NCBI GenBank assembly: GCA_036172245.1
Contig: JAYWIR010000011.1
Span: 3,348,001 to 3,412,000, forward strand
Direction: 5' to 3'
Length of the DNA: 64,000 bases
DNA from: Raillietiella orientalis
Lineage: Eukaryota
This document shows positions 61,951-64,000 of this stretch, piece after piece. Within the stretch, counting starts at the first letter, position 1. Each line of letters opens with the position of its first letter. The position numbers and the translations under genes are program-made. The notes under the pieces were generated by a model. That model was not told where the DNA came from. It ran no database searches and saw only the letters and a program-made list of their open reading frames with translations.

Positions 61951-62489
61951 AGGAAGTGAGAGGGGAAGGGATCCTCCTCCCCTGTGATCTGTCTCGTCGC
62001 AGCGGCGCGGTTGTTGTGGCAACGCGTCGCTGTTCTCTCTCCCCTCCCACCGGTCCGAGCAACCGAGTCGTGGCGTCAAGAGAGGTCCCCTTCTTCCCCG
62101 CTTGCCGGGAGATGAAAGCCGAGAGAGCCCTCCTTTTTTCCTTCTCTCGCCTTCGCAGCAGGGCTGCCACTGTCCACACCGAGGAAGAACCGGGTCGAGG
62201 CGATCGACGCCCTCTCCGCTGACCAAGCCTGCGGCGCGACGGTTTGCGCCCGCGGGAGTCGATTCCACGGCGCGTCAGTCCTGGAGGAAGGAACCATCTT
62301 CTGCAGCAACAGCTGGCACCATGGAGATTGGGAGTTCATCTGCAGTAGCTCGGCACAGGGCCCTTCCTTCCACCCCCACCTTTCCTCCCCACGCACCCTG
62401 GATACGGCTGCCTGCAACACCCGCCCGCATTCGGCAGGGCGGCTGGCTATGCGAACTGCGTACCATCTTACGGCGAGTGCAGGAAACGC
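61455..62489. repeat. Inverted repeat IR3: core arms 61513-61799 and 62149-62435, looser extension to 61455/62489, spacer 349 bp
   Basis: Manual alignment: 287-bp core with 2 mismatches. Mirrored ORFs 61680..62222(+) and 61726..62268(-) begin with the same peptide. Confidence 0.98.
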
Positions 62490-62560
62490 GCTCTTGCAAC
62501 CGCAACCTCGCCGCGCTTCCAGAGGGAACGGAACGGAGAGTCTGATCCTACAAAGAGATG
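61960..62560 (+). mobile_element. Decayed LINE RT fragment; carries the right arm of IR3
   Basis: Same TEEE/EAIDAL/NTRP relics, continuing past the arm as 'LCELRTILRRVQ...NLAALPEG'. Confidence 0.6.
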
Positions 62561-63700
62561 GAGGGGCTGAAAAGACTCAGGAAGCTGGGGAGGAGTGGGA
62601 ATTCTGCGCAGGTTTCGAAGGTCTTCCCGCGTTAGAGAGGCACGCGACCGGGAAAGCTCGGAAAAGTCGTGGAGCGAAAAGGAAAGACTGCAGCTGAGTA
62701 GGGAGAGGGATGGGGGGGGGGGAGCCCGTCCCATAGGAGGTCAGGATTTCCACATGGCCGAAGGTGAGGGAGAGGATTTAGTAAAGAAGAATCTCGAACG
62801 AGACGATCTAGTCTACGTGAAAATCCACGTCGGCTCCTTGCCGTCGCTTTCCCCTGAGGCCGTGCTCCCAGCGTTGTGGACCTCTCCCTGCGTACATTTA
62901 ATGCTGATGGGAATCCTTTTGGGTCCTCCAGTTTTTTCTTATTTCCTTCCAGCTTTTTTTTTCGGAATTGCTTTTTTAGGGGGCCGCTAAGTGCTTAAGA
63001 ACCTCCTTAGGGGAGGCTCACGAAACTCTTCGGCGCTGTCCACGCCACCCGAGGGTGAGTGTTGACTCTTCAGTCAGAGGGTCTCCACGTAGGGACCACC
63101 TTGTGAATCCACAAAGGGATCCGGAGGAAGGAGTCCATTCCTCTTACTCTTGGGAGGACACCTCTTCCTTGCTCCTTCCGGAGGGACCCCTCTGTTTGTG
63201 GGCGCCACTCCTGATTCCCTTTCCGAAGGGAACCCGGAAAGCTCCTGACATTTATTCTCCAGAAGGGCCCCCTCGAAATGATATGCTATCCTTTTCTTTC
63301 TCCTGAAGAGAACCCGAAGGGATACCTTCAAATTCTCCTGAACGGTGCTCCCCGGAGGGAGCAGCGCTCTTCTTAATACTCTGGAAAAGCAATCCCCCCG
63401 AAGGGTTGATCCCTCAGAGTGATACCCCTCTGGGCTGTTGACCCTGGTACGGCTCCCTTTTCAAAACCGAATGCGAACCCCGAAGGACTCCTTGACTCCT
63501 GCAAAGAATCCAGACGGTCAACTTCTAATCCCAGTGGGTCAACGGGGAGATCCGGTTTCCGGCTTCCACCATAGGTCTGCCTCCCTTAGGAAACACTTGG
63601 AGAGCAGCCTTACGGCTAGATTGGAGGTTACTGTGGAAACCTCCGGAAGGAGGAAAAGACGTGGACGACGGTCCAGCTCACCGACGCTGTGACCCCGATT
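62560..63700 (-). mobile_element. Decayed LINE pieces: endonuclease/linker (homologous to 25875-26245) joined to an RT core fragment
   Basis: 'PRVAWTAPKSFV' (~63045), 'LRGKRRQG' (~62850), frameshifted 'LFA-D' (~62675), 'REDLRNLRRI' (~62620; similar to 60735-60770). Confidence 0.55.
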
Positions 63701-64000
63701 TCTCGATTACATGGACTTTTGCACTAGGGCGGGCTACTAGGTATTTCGGGGGAAGACCTGCAGTGGCTCCCGGTGCTCATGAACACCCGCATCCTCCCCC
63801 TAAAGTGGCGGAGTCGGCATTGATGCTGCTGCATTGCGGTCTCCCGTGCAACACCCGCCGGCAGCTGTGGACACGGGTGTGTGGACCCAAACTGTACATA
63901 CTCCCGACCCGCAGATCAGCTGCACCGAAAGAGCGGATGAAGAAGGGAACGGGCAACAAACAAAGAGCAAAGGAGAGGGAGGTAAAGGATAGGAGTCATC

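Noticed and set aside
61455..62489. Inverted repeats as assembly or amplification chimeras
   Set aside because: The arms differ by substitutions or indels (7 in IR2), IR3 has a diverged shoulder, and homologous RT sequence continues beyond the arms. Not fully excluded without raw reads.
63787..63919. Gene D upstream exon after a strong pyrimidine tract (acceptor at 63920)
   Set aside because: The acceptor is good but the donor is ambiguous (18-nt exon ending at 63902 or 133-nt exon ending at 63787), so no feature was called.

Overview
Eukaryotic nuclear DNA, probably from a plant-lineage organism (inferred from the plant-type L1 ORF1 and zinc-finger motifs). I see no prokaryotic features, and almost all ORFs in the supplied track look like artefacts of high GC. 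Most of the window is a near-continuous mosaic of heavily decayed LINE (L1-type, one RTE-like) retrotransposon fragments on both strands. These were recognised by eye from relics of ORF1 zinc knuckles, APE endonuclease motifs (W/N-x-RG, QET, YxP, GDFN, SRLD, SDH) and RT motifs (KxPGxDG, WRPI, QxGF, DxxKAYD, RQG, FADD, zf-RVT). The fragments fill the long introns of about four host genes built from small exons: gene A (minus, start 8420), gene B (plus, about 11429-36700, tentative), gene C (minus, about 49900-37000, very tentative) and gene D (minus, stop at 52206, best supported). I cannot name any of the products. The most striking signal is three independent near-perfect inverted repeats (25093-25235/26249-26394, 44321-44439/45451-45569, 61513-61799/62149-62435). 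Each joins two otherwise highly diverged, oppositely oriented LINE relics, and all three cover the same RT position (E-x-x-A-I/L...KxPGxDG). Also notable are AACAAT(G) clusters at inferred gene boundaries and a 42-bp-stem hairpin at 36986-37078. LINE boundaries are approximate (plus or minus about 200 bp), and all motif calls are manual, not database-verified.
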